NCBI GenBank assembly: GCA_051362555.1
Contig: CM120643.1
Coordinates: 3,286,001 to 3,350,000, forward strand
Source: Lingula anatina
Taxonomy: Eukaryota; Animalia; Brachiopoda
Reading direction: 5' to 3'
Length of the DNA: 64,000 bases
The translations under genes and the position numbers were made by a program. Below the pieces are notes generated by a model. The model did no database searches. It was not told where the DNA came from and worked only from the letters and a program-made list of their open reading frames with translations. This document shows positions 39,655-53,590 of this stretch, one piece after another. Each line of letters starts with the position of its first letter. Position 1 is the first letter of the stretch.

Positions 39655-42122
39655 ATTCTGAGTGTAAACAGATATTAAAAGATATAATCATGGTGCCCTG
39701 AACGGCACGGGTACAACCTTGTGGTCAGCTATACCCCACAGTGTGTTTTGTCATCTATTTGGTAGTTTCTGTAGTTAGCCTAGACAGCGAACAATGTTAA
39801 ATTGTAACATTCAAAGCTGAATAAATTATTATTATTTGTCACATTTGTGTATTGCGAGAGTATCTATACATTTTTTAAAGATTTTACTTCGTGGTAAATG
39901 AGGAATTTGTATTTCATCCGATAAAGTCACCAGATAAATATCTCAGCAAAATCCCAAAATGTCGGTTCGGCCTAGTCTTCACGGTGCAGGCAAGGATGTT
40001 ATTGCATGGGGCTGCTGGGTGTCTGCTGTTGAAATATAAAACATGTGGTTTAAAAAATAAATAAATTGATAAATAGATAAATAAAATCAATGAAAATTTC
40101 GATGGTGATATAGAAGATCATGGCACAAATCAGCTGAAACAATGAACAGTCGACAAAAACTGCGCTGAGTAATATCTTGTATACTTTTAAATAGACAACA
40201 TGTAGGTAGTAAAATAAGGTGCGAAGTCTGTTACCCACCGATTTCAGGGGCCTCTCTAAATAAGTACACAAAATTAAAGTTGAGGCAATGCTTTTGTTAC
40301 AGTCTACTAGCAGACCCTGAGGCCAGGGTGTAATTTATGCCATGTCAATTTTATTTGAACGAAAATCAAAGAGAAATTTAATTTACTTTCTAACCAACTA
40401 ACCAATCAACTAACTAATTGACTAACTAAAGAAAGAAAGAATTTTTTTAATGCCACAAACGGGGTGAAAATTATTTCCTACCCGCAATTGTACAAAAATC
40501 GATTATTAAAAACAGAATGTGACTAAAGATAATGAACACATTAAGTCTTTAGTTCCTAATACATTTTATACCTTTAATCACTCAATAGCTGACGCCGGAA
40601 TAGTTCTTTTTCCTCACTTTTTTCCTATCTCTCACTTATATTTTAATTTACCTATTGAAATACTCCCGGGGACATTGCGCTCTCTATGGCGTTTTCATTG
40701 TTCGACAGTTATTCTTGATCACCAGTATGATGATTGACGTTTGTTTATATAGCTGCCAATCAAGCCATCCACTTTTAATAGCTTTGATTGGCACCTTTCA
40801 ATCACAGGAGGTAAAAGCTCCTTTGCAGGATGATTGTGATTGACGTTTGTTTAACTAACCGTCAATCAAGTTTGTCAAATTTGACAGATTTGATTGGCAC
40901 CTATCATTCACTAGAGCTAAAAGTTTTTTATTCAACAAAGCCATTGGAGCCGTCCGCACTAGACAGCTTCCAGCAGAACTGGACTTTTTTTAAACAAGGT
41001 TTACACAAAAGAGAGAAAAACAGGCAAATCTCAAATAGCACTCCGTGCTCTTCTTGAGGGAACAAAAGAAAAATATAAAGTAAATATAAGTCAGCGAATA
41101 TGATCATTAGAAAAATAACGAAAACAGACACAACTAATTAATGAAATTCAAACAAGTTCTGAATGAAAGTCGAAGAAGTTTATAAAAATAAATGTTTTTT
41201 TAACAATAATTTGTGCCTGCTTGAATATTCATTGATAGTTCAGCTTTGTTATCATTTCAATAACTTACGGACCTTTATGAGTTTATTTAAAGGTTATCTG
41301 TGTGCTATTTGAATTTCTTATCAAACCCTTTTACCTCTTGAAAACGCTCTCTTCCAGGTTATGTTGAATATAATTTTATGTCGGCTGTTAGCGTTAACAG
41401 ATGACGTTTTTTTTTTTTTTTTTTTTTCAGTACGGAGGCCAGAAATTCTATCCCGTGAATGATTTCGCTGTTTTTTCTCTCTTACTTCTGTTACTAATTT
41501 TCTACATTGATTCACCGATTTATCTGTGCTAATTCCTAAAAGATAGCTGCTAAGGTCCCTGATAAAGTTGAAGAGTCCACGTATACACTTAGACTTCTCA
41601 CTGATTACGATCTAACTCCACCCTACCAGCAATCGACGGCGAGGTGCAACAGTTACAAAGAAAATTTTATTCCTCGTACTTTATGCAGTTTGTCGTTTTA
41701 GAAAGAGTTTACTCTTCCTTCGAATTTTGTGAATGCATTTTTTGAGTTGCCTATGGAATAAATACCACATAATGGTTTGAGTCCATTTTCTTATTTTCTG
41801 ACCTGGTTTTTTCATCTGACTGGATGGAAATAAATATGCAGTTATATTCAAGATTGCTTATTATGACACTCCTGAAGAATTAAAAAAAAAAAAAAAGGAA
41901 ATCAGCGCCCTCTATCATTTATCGCTGTCTTCACTAGCACAATATGATGAAATTCATGGACAACGTCACAATCATGTTGAGATAGACTCTGATGTCAAAT
42001 ACTGTAGCATTAACCCTGTTGTAACTCAACTTCCTCTATTCTCCCAGACCATTACATACCTGTCAACATTGACAATTGCCAGAGAGAAAGATTCCTGCGC
42101 ACGACCTACGTCCCCCACCCCG

Positions 42123-42163
<41 letters not shown>

Positions 42164-42752
42164 ATAAAATAAAACACAAACACATTCTCAGCTGGGTCAG
42201 ATGGTGTTCAAACGAGGAAGTCTATTTATAAAAACAACTATTACAAACAATGTCCACCTTTTAAGTGGTCGGTTACTTTCAGAACAAGCTTGGTCCCATG
42301 ACAACTTTATCATACATAGTGTTCAGTATGATACTCACGCTAAACCTAACGTGGTTTTGTCTTGGACATTTCCTCCTTATTGTTCACTGCAATAACTACC
42401 CTCCATCAATAAAACTAAAAAAGCAGGTGACAGCACATTATCGTGAATGAAATCACCACACGTTCTAAGGAAAGAAAAGATAGAAAAACCTGGAAGATCG
42501 GGAGATTTTACGTCTGAATCGGGAGATACATGTTTTTTGTTTTCTTTTAAGAAAATATTAAAATATTTTCCTAATGCTAACATTATAATACCGTCTTAAT
42601 AGCAAATATTGATGCCACATTGACTCTACCAACTTGAATATAATTATGAAATTGTTTTTGTTACGCTGATTGTATATATTTTATGTATATTCGTTTCTAT
42701 TACTAATAGACCTTCTCTTGGAATATCTTGGAATAATCCGGATGTTAAAATT

Positions 42753-42810
<58 letters not shown>

Positions 42811-43024
42811 TAATTTTAAGTACTCATGAACCTCTAGAAACTAGTTATGTAAGAATAAAGTTTTATAAGCCCCAAATCTCTGTATTTTTTTAAATTATGT
42901 ATATTCTGGACTTGTAAAAATACTTTGTACTTTCTGCTCACGTTGGAATATATTATCTATGCCCCGAAGTCAGGAGACTTCTAGACGATATCGTGTTTCA
43001 ATTTGTTCAGCATAAACTCGAGTT

Positions 43025-43412
43025 GTCTCTGCATTCCCCCGATCTCAACCCCCCAGAATTTTATGTGGGGTGGTATCTGAAGGATCTGGTCTACAGGGAT
43101 AACTCCCACACCATCCCATATCAGCTTTAGACATCAGAGCTGTGCCGGGAGAAGAATGCATTGATCAATGTCGTAGACAATTTTGCCCGTGGAATTCAAA
43201 TGTGTCAGCAACAGAACAGAGCACATTTGGAGGAGTATTTTCTATAAATGACGACAAAATCTTTGTCAGTAGAGCACGTGACATGCTCTTTGTAGCAGTA
43301 GATTTGTTAACTTCTGCAGATATCAGATATACAGTATATGAACTGTATATAATTTGTAAACAGAAAATACACGGCGTTCACGTTTTTGGGTTACATTTAT
43401 ACTGGGACCCTG
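43025..43412 (+). mobile_element. Tc1/mariner transposase 3' relic with right terminal repeat
   Basis: HSPDLNPPEFYVGWYLKDLVY resembles SPDLNPxDFxxWGYLKxxVY. Ends ..GGGACCCTG followed by TA. Confidence 0.75.
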
Positions 43413-45427
43413 TATTTCAACTTGTAACAACCGAATATATAATTATTGATTCAATAGCTATAGATGTCATCTAAAAATCATCTTTTTGAATTATCATAGT
43501 TGAAATATACTGTAGTTATATAATTAGAAGAGATAAATCTGCGCACGGTTTTTCTAGAGCCAAAAGTTGCAAAAATTTGCCTAATCTGATGTGTTTAATG
43601 TGTTAAAGTTAAATGACATCGGTAAACAACATAACGCAATTAAAACTCAATTTCCCTGACTCTCCCAAACTCATACCCCCCCCCCCCAACACACACACAC
43701 ACCACCACTACCACCCCTCCATACAACAGGCTTACTATATCGACCGCTTATTTTGTCGAAGGCTCTGATTTCTAAATTATTTTTGTGTCGTTTTATTTTA
43801 ACATATTTGCTTTTAATCCAACTGTTTGTACTGAATGGTTCGTCGACATCTAATTTAAACTAAAATTTCCATTGACTTATTATGGTAATTTCTTTATGGA
43901 CATTTCATCCCCCTCTCAGTCTGGCGTTATGCCTTCACTAACACAATTGGGTGATATTTGTGGAGTCCGTCACAATCATGGTTGAGACAGCATCAAAATC
44001 AACACACCGCAGCCTCTGGCTACCCTCCACCAGGGCCATAGATTGGTGTTTCACTAGATGTTCAAAGATACGTTTCTGGTTAAATAGATAACTAATCTCT
44101 GTACTGTAAAAGCAAATAATATCCACAGCACAATAACTGCGGCCTTGGTAGAGGGAAGCCTATGGCTCATTTCCCGTATTAACTGAGATTGCTCATTTGA
44201 AATGTCTTCACGGTGACAGAGAACATATTTTGGGTTAGCAAGAAAAATTTTAATCTTAAAGGAGGTTAAAAACGCGCACGAGAGAGAGAGGGGGGAGAGA
44301 GAAAAGTTGAAAACTTGTTTATCCGAGACATTAATAAAATCGAAAAACAAATTAATTCAGTTATAAGCAGGAACATCGGATGATTAAATAACACACAAAT
44401 ATCTTAGAACGTATGTCGGAGATTGTTATTGTGTGTGTGGGGGGGGGGGGGGGGGATTATCATCATTATTGTCAGAAACTAGTCCAATTCTGGACAAAAA
44501 TGTAAAAAAAAAAATCAAGCCTGCCATACTAAAAAAGATTAAAGTATTAGGTGTAGAGATGTGCGCTTTGCTAAAGCCTACTTCACATTTTCCACAGACA
44601 CCGAACGATGAAATCGAAATCAATTTTCGGTTTTTCTTTTTTCACTAAAATAAATACTATTATTGATTATCAAAATGTTGCCTCACTAGACATGCAGGCT
44701 CACCGGAAACAATTTAAAGTGTTTACGCGAAAGCGGGTATGCGCGTTACCCTTCTGGTTAAAAATAATTATTCTTTATACAAACCAAACAAAATAAGAAA
44801 CGTCTGTCACGTAGGTAGTGGTAGATTAGTAACGAGATAAAGTGTTCAGTTGATGAGGATTTTGCTGCCATCCTCACAATACACAGATGATATCCCTCAC
44901 ACACCTGGTATTGTGAATACAGGTCAGCTAAAACTTAATTCAAAATTGGCATATCCTTACAGTATAAACATTGGTTTGATTTGGTGGAATCAGTTTGTGT
45001 CAATTTGTGTATGAGAAAAAATAAATTTTAAAGATCCCTGTATGTCAAGTTGAGAGAGAGTTTTGAGATTTTCAACAGGGCCGCAGACTGCAGGGGGGGG
45101 AAAGCAGCACTGTAATATTTTCTTTCAGTCGGCTTTTAAAGAGTACCACAATCGTTGTAATAACCAGTTTTCTAGAGTCTTCCTTGAAAGCCTTCCAAAA
45201 CCCATGCTCCCCCCCCCCCCCCCCCCCCCCCACCAAAATTTTTTTTCTCTGCCTTAAATCCCTAAAGACATTCAACTACAGGTACGTTTTATAAGCACCT
45301 CAAACATCGAGAAACGCTTAAATCATGAAAATTGAAGCTACAAAAAGCATTGGAATAGAAGTTATCTATATGCCTATAAAAAGTCAACTTTGCCAGAAAC
45401 ACATTAATAAATGTGACATTTACGGTA

Positions 45428-45979
45428 CAGGCCTACCCAACTACCAGACTCGGCACCTAAGGATCCCGAATTAACCGGTATATCGGATCACGCTACCCGT
45501 TTTCAAGGTGTGTGTCAGATCGCATTTCGGAGTATCATACCCCAGAATAAATTTTGTAGCACGACTGCGGGCTCATCCACGCTCGGCTGAACAACCTGAA
45601 ACTGTACTCTTACTTTAGAGTACTCTATTTTATTGTCTTTATGGGGGTATATGGGGACTTTACGACATTCGGTTTGAATGTTTTAACCACTTTTGATAGG
45701 GCTTTTTTGCATTGTATTAGATTAAATGTGGCAGTCTTAGGTTCATCTAGGTGGCTTTCAAATTTATGCGCCCGGTTTTAAAATCATATAGCGATTTTAC
45801 GACAATCGTTTACTATCCAATCAAAGTGACAGCCGAGCATGCCAGGGCTCATCCTGTCGGTGTTCTGGCTGATACTCCAAAATACGATCTGACACACACC
45901 TTGAAAACGGGTAGTGTGGTCCGATATACCGGTTAATTCAGGATCCTTAGGTGCCGAGTCTGGTAGTTGGGTAGGCCTG
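45428..45979. mobile_element. young MITE, second copy of the 26652-27202 family, 5-bp TSD CGGTA
   Basis: Same TIRs, interior in the opposite orientation, CGGTA at 45423-45427 and 45980-45984. Confidence 0.93.
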
Positions 45980-47966
45980 CGGTAGCTCCCAGGGAAAGAG
46001 AGGGGGCATGTAGCGCGGCTCTCGTCTAGGAGCCCTTCTCAGCCTTCAAGCTGTTACAAAAATTTTCCGAAGGACGGGTCCAGCGATGATTTATAATGAG
46101 AAGAAAATTGTTTTATTTCTCGGGGATAATTACATTTGTTAGGTTCAAATATATATTTTTTATCAGATAATAAAATTAAGATAACTTAGGTGATCAAGAC
46201 CACCACTATTTGAAATCTCTAACGTGACCATCACTTCCAGACAGTCTTATATTACAACAGGCAATCTAATTTGCATATAAGAGAAAATTCTTTTTTTTTT
46301 ATGGTTTTGAGTCGTGTACAGTTTTTAATTTTATTTATGTAAAAAGCAATGCCCCTTTGCGCTCAAAACTTTCCAATTATTTAATCGACAGTCCCTCATT
46401 ATTAGTTCATTTACATGATTTATAAACCTACATGTCACAGGCGTGAATCACGTTATCACGTCCAAGTCATAGCATCGTTAAACTAGCGCCAATAATAACT
46501 GCAGTGAAGAATGTAGGTCAATTGCCTGTACAATTCTCCCATAGCATTATTGATTTTTTATGGAGTGGAACATTTTAGGGGGAGACTGGGGAGAAAAAGA
46601 AGTATCAGCTTAACAGCAAAAAATATATAGAGCATGGAGCTGCTATATTTAGAGTCTATTATAAATGTTTAGAAGAGTGTAGAAACAGCCTACTTTCCCA
46701 GTTTCACCGTAGAGAACTTCGCAGACAATATGACACCTCTCTGTTTCTCCCTAAAATTTTGTTGACCACGTTAACTGTTCAACTCCCGGCAGAAGATGAA
46801 CCAGTGAACCAGCCTTGCACAGGTGTAGGAGCCGGGATGTGGGGCGATACGGTGGGGGGGTTAACTCTTAAAAAAAACACGTCAGCCCTGAGCAGGGGCA
46901 GAGGGGGGGGGCGCACATCGAGTGCGTTCCTTCAGCACTAGAGTCTAAATGAAGACAGTGATTGCAGCACTATTTTCACCTTCGGCCGGCAACCCAAGGC
47001 CCTCACTTAATAAATAACATTAGTATTATTTTTTAAACGCTATTTGGGTTTTTTATCGACCCGAATAACTATGGTAAATACCGTACGAGAAAATGGCGCT
47101 TGATACTGGGATATTGGACGATAACGTTGCGAGGTATGATGGAGTTTTGTGTTAGATATTAAATAAATAAATAAATGGAGGAGAAAAACGTCAAAATTAT
47201 GTTAATGCAGTAAATTAAGTAAGAAATCGTTTTACTGGTGTGTCATCCTTCTGATAAAAGCGGCTGTGCCAATACATGTATGCTTCATTGATTTTATTTG
47301 TGCGTGACACTGGTGATTGAAAGAACTGCTGTAATAGCTTTTTTTCAGTTAATCAGCAGTAACACCCGTGTAATATGTAAGGCATAAAAAGGGATGAACC
47401 CCCCCCCCCCACACACACACACACACACACGCACGCACGCACATCCAGCTATAAAGACTGACGTGACTGGGAAAAGTGACGGGAGTAAGTCCCCTTCACC
47501 CAAACACCCTGCCCCTTGCTCCTTAGGATAATGGGGAATGTGTACACAACCCAAATTCAAGAAAAAAAATGCTTTTTTTCTTATATGCAATTAGATTGCC
47601 TTGGGTAATAAACTGTCCGGAAGTGATGTTCACATCTGTAGCGAGACCGGTGCTAGCACAATCTAAATGACGCTGCAAATGAAGTTGTAAGAAGTTGTAA
47701 GCTAGTTGAGAACTAACAGACATTAGTATTATGGGAGATTTTAAAGAGATTTTAATAAATCTGTATCACTGGAAATATAAGAAATGATTTTATTAAATAT
47801 ACATATGTCCATATAAGTAAACAACATAGTGTAAATGACACACACGTGTAAAATATGGGAGAACAACAACAGAAAATAATACAGAGCATATTACAACAGC
47901 TACCGAAAAGACAACCAGTTGTGGCCGCTAGTTGAGTGGAATGCTTTTAAGTTATAAGTTTGTTTC

Positions 47967-48417
47967 CAGGGCCGTAGCCTGAGCAAAGTGCCAGGGGGGG
48001 CAGTGGGCAGACTCGAGGGGGTGAAACCCCCGAGGGGGTGGGGGTGGGAGGGGGACACCCCCTCCCACGGTGTGGAAAAATTTTAAAAACTGTATGTATA
48101 ATACTGCATTCTGGTGTATTTTAACTGTTATTTATTGCTCAATCAGAAGTCAGAAATTGTGGGTTCATTTTGCCATGAGTACAGTCATTTTTTCAACACA
48201 ACACACCAATTGGACTTCATTTCAAACAGTCAGGGTAAACAATAACCTGATAACAGTGTGGCCATGAGTGCATTTTCTCACAGAATTGATACCAATTAAC
48301 TTTGCAATTTTTTCACCTTTGCGATTATTATTATTATTATTTTTTTTTTTTTTTTTTTGCACCTCAAATCCCAGGGGGGGCAGCTGCCCCCCTGCCCCCC
48401 CGGAGGCTACGGCCCTG
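47967..48417. mobile_element. MITE with CAGGGCCGTAGCCT termini, 5-bp TSD GTTTC
   Basis: 14 bp perfect TIR, G/C-run subterminal motifs, GTTTC at 47962-47966 and 48418-48422. Confidence 0.8.
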
Positions 48418-48485
48418 GTTTCTTTTTTCAGTTTTTTGCTTTTTCTTTGCAAGAAATCGGAAAATGAAACCCGTTCAAAAGGAAA

Positions 48486-48556
48486 TGCATCGGCCGGGAA
48501 TCGAACCCGGGCCGCCCGCGTGGCAGGCGAGCATTCTACCACTGAACCACCGATGC
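48486..48556 (-). tRNA. tRNA-Gly-GCC: tRNA-Gly (anticodon GCC)
   Basis: Reverse complement GCATCGGTGGTTCAGTGGTAGAATGCTCGCCTGCCACGCGGGCGGCCCGGGTTCGATTCCCGGCCGATGCA: 71 nt, perfect acceptor stem, A and B boxes, GCC anticodon, downstream TTTCCTTTT Pol III terminator. Confidence 0.97.
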
Positions 48557-48605
48557 GCACATTCGGGATGCATCAAAGGCCACCTTCCGCCCTCCCCCCC
48601 CCCCC

Positions 48606-48666
<61 letters not shown>

Positions 48667-48877
48667 CGTCGTCTTCAAATTTATCTAAAAGCCTGGGTCC
48701 GTCTGGGCAACACACAACATATCAGAATTTTAAAAAATGAGTAACCAATATGCCTTTTATTTGAAATGTCAATTTACATCTTTACTTTTGAAGGACGCAG
48801 CAATTTACATAATCACAGGTACAAATGTATATAGGTCGAGCTCTGCCACTCACAGATGCGCGTGATGAAAACGATTA

Positions 48878-49081
48878 AGTCCCCTTTACACTGGACGACA
48901 TCCTTTCTGTGTCCCGTAGCACGGCCCCGTCTGAGAGTGAAAAAAACTTTACGTGCCGACACCTAGCCGATCATTGAGTATTCATTCTGCAACCAAAGCG
49001 ATGCTTGTGCCTCCTTTCTACGACCACAGCGATGCCAGGTTTATGGTCGCACAAAGGACGTGGTCCAGTGTAAAGGGGGCT
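48878..49081. mobile_element. Tourist-like (PIF/Harbinger) MITE, TSD TTA
   Basis: ag.cccctttacactggac.ac.tccttt inverted repeats flanked by TTA on both sides. Confidence 0.7.
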
Positions 49082-49652
49082 TTACTGACAAAAGGATTCG
49101 TTTTAAGCGTTCACTTCATTCTGAACACGTAACATGCATTAAACAAAAGCCGTCCTAAGAGACATTGCTCGGTTGTTGTTTTTTTTAATCTAAATTTTTT
49201 GAAACTATAGCTTTTTTCCAACACTGTTCCTTTGGCGCTGCAATATACTAAAGGTATTCTTCTTGAGATTTACCCTCCAAAATTGATTAATGATCAATTT
49301 TTTGCCAAAATTTTTCTATCCCTCTCTTCACTTGGATTCGACCTTTGATAAAATCTATAAAGGTTGATTCCAGCTTTAAATGACTGGGCAGTCATTATGT
49401 TCTTTAAGCTCCATTGGAAATATCAGGATCAGGTACGCTCTAGAAAAAATGTTAAAGGGCCATTTATATCATTTTTAAGGTGTTGCTGTATGTAAATCTT
49501 TAGAAGAAGCTGTGGATGGCAAAAATGACGTCAGGCCAGAGATTGCCGAATTATATTCAAGTAAACGGTTTCCCATTTTTAGGGCTTTTAAGCTTAAACC
49601 CGGTAGTTGTCAATAATTCCCTTGAAGTTGGCACTGCGGCACACCTTTTGAA

Positions 49653-49711
<59 letters not shown>

Positions 49712-50021
49712 AATAAGATAAATCAATCTGTCCTTTATTGCTGCTCTTAAACAAGAATCACCTTCACTTGTTCTTTTCTAAATTTTGAGGAAAATTTTTT
49801 TCGTTCTGAATTTTTCTAATATTCTACGCTTTTTAAAAATTAGGCCTACTTATTTTATACATGTAGCGGACAAGTTTGATTCTTTGCGGAGCGTAGGCCT
49901 GCCTTTCTTTGGGCCTAAGAAAATGTTTTCATTCTTAAAATTGATTTTCATCTTCAAATAGGACTAGGCAGCATAGATTAATAACGTTAACATTGCTGTT
50001 CTTAAGAAAAAAATTACACAA

Positions 50022-50067
50022 ATGAGCTCCGACGAAGCAGAAGCGCGAAAGGCCGCTGAAATGAGAG
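50022..50067 (+). CDS. possible first coding exon of an unidentified gene (MSSDEAEARKAAEMR)
   Basis: ATG-initiated GC-richer stretch ending at a strong donor G|GTAAGG in a CpG-containing region. An exon-like segment at 52047-52101 is not phase-compatible by direct splicing. Confidence 0.35.
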
Positions 50068-52439
50068 GTAAGGTAAAAACACAATCACAATCACGGTTGA
50101 GACACCAAGGCGTCCTTGGCTAACCTCGCGTTACTTCCGATAATTTACGAGATTCAAAACGCAAAGGGGGCCTCTCGTGCTTGTTGTCTGCTCCCATCTC
50201 CCCCGTGGGTGTTTTGATATAGTAGACACAGAAAATACTGCGAAAATCTGGATGTAGACGACAGTAGGCTTACGTAAGTTTAAGCACTATTATTTACAGT
50301 TCTCTCTACTTAACCTAGGCTTGTATGTAATATGATTGACAGCAGATACAGAGCGTTTCGACAGTCACGCCTTACGTGAAAAAGCGACGCGTTGGTTCCA
50401 AAGCTATGCCTTTTCTATCATGATGTCATATTTACAGACATAGATGTATGGGCACTCCAGCACTAAAATCCCAGAGACAAAGATGTTTATGGCAGTGCCA
50501 CAACTTTGATGAATTCTGGTTTAAGATTTTATCTTTTCTTTCAGTATAACTAAACATATAGTGTTTATAATTAATGCATTAGAAAAAAATATTAACACTG
50601 ATAGTGGCAGCACCACAAGCATATAGGTCTATCAGTTTTGTGAATTCTGGTTTTAAATTACTTATTTTTTTCTTTCTGGATATATTTAATACATGGTTCT
50701 TTGTTTTTATGTCTTAACAAGGTTGTGTAACTTGTTCTTAATGATTAACCCCAATATAAATTAAAATAGTGCAAATCAGAAATTGAATTACAAAATGAAA
50801 ACTTAAAATAATGTGTACATTGAATTTGTTATTCAGTAATGTCTCTGATCTTTTCAATGGGGATAGATTAATAAAATTTCAGGTACATAACTTTGTAATC
50901 ATAAAAGACATTTCTTTGTGGCATTGGTTATAAGTGTTTTACTGTGTTAGTGCAGACGAGTAAGCTAGATCACCTCTACTGCATTCTATATTTGCATATA
51001 AGTTGTAAGTGCAGACAGTCAAGATCTCCTCTAATGCAATCTATATTTGCATAAGTGAACAGTTAGTTGTTTGAGGGTTTAAGCACCAGCTAGGTGAGAT
51101 GACCTGTACCTGTTCAGTTGTACCTGAGAATTTCATACTGTCTATCTGGCAGTGTGTGTAAGGTAAAGATTCTCATGCAACTTGCACTCTGACTCATGAA
51201 GAAGTAGCCACATATTAGGTACCTTAGGTAATCTTATAATGTATCAATATCTGAGACTATGTAGGAGACAAATGTTGATTTTTGTTGATAGGATACAAAT
51301 AGAAATTTTGTTTATCTGTGTTGAACTATCTTTGCCACGCCCTTCAAGATACATCTTTAGGGATGGCCATATTATTTGACAGACACTTTGATACTGCAGC
51401 TTGGTTGTAATTTGTATAACTGTGAAAACTATGGAGAAGAATAGAGACAAGTTATTTGTGGCAGATGGCAGTGCATCTTGTGATATTCTTCAATGTTTTC
51501 AGTAATTTTAGACTCAAAGTGCTAGTTAGCTGTGCTTGAGTTTTGAGGTGTGGTGTTGAGTCAGATTGTACACAAGTTATTTACCAGTGGTTTTCTGCAG
51601 GTTTAATATAATCTTAACTGATTTATGTTTGAGCATCCACATATCCTTGTCTAATTACTATACAAGGGGTGAATTTGAATGGATGATATCAGTTTTTAAA
51701 GTTTGCTTTAGTCATAATTTGAATCATAATAGCAGGTAATTGCATGGTCTTCTTCCCTTTCTCCATATAGAAAAAACTTAGTAGTAATCACCTTCTGTTT
51801 TTTTGGGGGGATTAAATAATTTTTGTGATTTAGAATTGTTTATCAGTTATTGTAATTTCCCACTTCTTTCATATTTTTCATTGATCACAAAAATGCACTT
51901 AAAGTAGTATATCACCAACTGAAATGCTTACATAGATAAAGATATAATAGATATTAGATTTTTACTGATGTAAAGCTTTATATGTGCAAATTTAACAAAT
52001 ATTGAAGCAGATTTGGCAAAGTTCACATTGTTATTTTGTTTTTCAGTCTGGGAATAGTGCCAGTGTCAAAAGTCATTGCTGTCACCAGTAGCCCCCACAA
52101 TGTAAGTACTTTTTAATTTTTTTTCACAGTCCAGTCACCAAGTTAGGTATGAAAGTTGCCAGTACACCATGAGTTTGTATTCTTACAACTGGCTTCTTCA
52201 ATAATCAAACACAAGATAATGTGTGTCCCGTCACAACCCCACAGTTCCCAGTCAGCCACTTGTGGTCATGAAGATGTCTGGAGATATGGCCAGGCACCAG
52301 AAGCACATGTCTTTAAGCCCATAGAAAATTACCCTGGTACCAACTGATTGCAAAGGTATCTGGGAAAAGTAGGGGTTCATGGTAGTAGTTAACATGACTT
52401 TTGTTTGCCAAGATTACCTGTAGCTAGTATAGTATGTAT

Positions 52440-53590
52440 TTTATTTATTAAAGTGAAATGCGATATAGATATACAAATCTCCTAGGCCTACAAGTAAGTC
52501 AGTGAACTTTGTACATGTAGCAGAAGCAAATCAAATCAAAACAAAATAAAACAAAGAGGAAAAACTATGATTAAGATTGACATTTATAACTAAACAAATA
52601 CTATCATTTAGGGTACACACAACTCCAGAGCCCTGAATGGAACTGTCTGCCTCAAACTAAAACTGTTCTTTAAATAAATTGCCATGTCTTTAATTAGGTA
52701 TATTTACAATTAAGTCTATCAGTATTTTAGAAAAATCTTCCTTTTAACAGGTTTACAGTCCAAGTCTCCCAGAATCTTACATCGTATGTCCCCGCATAGG
52801 GACATACCAACACAAAAGAAGCTCATCCTCAACTATGTTCTTATCACACAATTTGCAAAGGTGGGGCGAAGCCTCTACCCCCACGTAGCGGCCAGTCTTT
52901 AGTCCAGCGGTACTATTCTGCATCTTATATATCTATTTGCATAATCAACCATGTAATATTTTATAATAATTATTACAATATTTGTAATTATTATATATAT
53001 TCCTGTTCAATATCTTTTTAGTGACTATGAACTTATGCTATATACTTCAATACATGTACTAATTAATACTAACAACAACAATTGACAGATTTTCACAAAG
53101 ATTGCTTTCAAACATTGTCATCTTTATGGTATATGATCATTTGGCGTATAGTTATAACCTGTGATATCGGCGTATTTAAATAGAATTGCTCTGTAAAATT
53201 ATCAATAAGATGTTGATACAATAGCCCTTTACTCCCTGTGGATATTTCCCCAGTCGTTTGTCTAATTAAGTTATCTTTCTTTGGGTTTGACTAAACCTAC
53301 CGTTAAAGTAAAAAAGTAAACCAAGGTAACTGAACTGATTCATCCTTTCAAGATCAACACTGTTATATTTCCATGTTTCATCAGCACAACCTTACCCTCA
53401 CTTGTAAAGACTTTTTTTTTTTTTGTTTTTACTGTTTACTGTTTACTTCCACTTTTATGAGATTTTTGCAGGGTATCTCATAGTTTTTGTAATACTTGAG
53501 GGGTTTCTGATAAAAGTACAGTGTCATCAGCATACATAAGTAAGAAGAGATTAATGTCCCGTATCTCTACACTGTCACAATTTTCCAATA
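52440..53590 (-). mobile_element. decayed LINE 3' part (RT plus C-terminal Cys motif)
   Basis: Minus strand reads LFLLMYADDTVLLSET (~53540), WKYNSVDLERMNQFSYLG and CKLCDKNIVEDE..C, with many frameshifts and an AATAAA-like tail near 52445. Confidence 0.75.

Noticed and set aside
48222-48744. ORFs of 67-158 aa around the tRNA
   Set aside because: Composed of tRNA, MITE, poly-C and (CA)n sequence.
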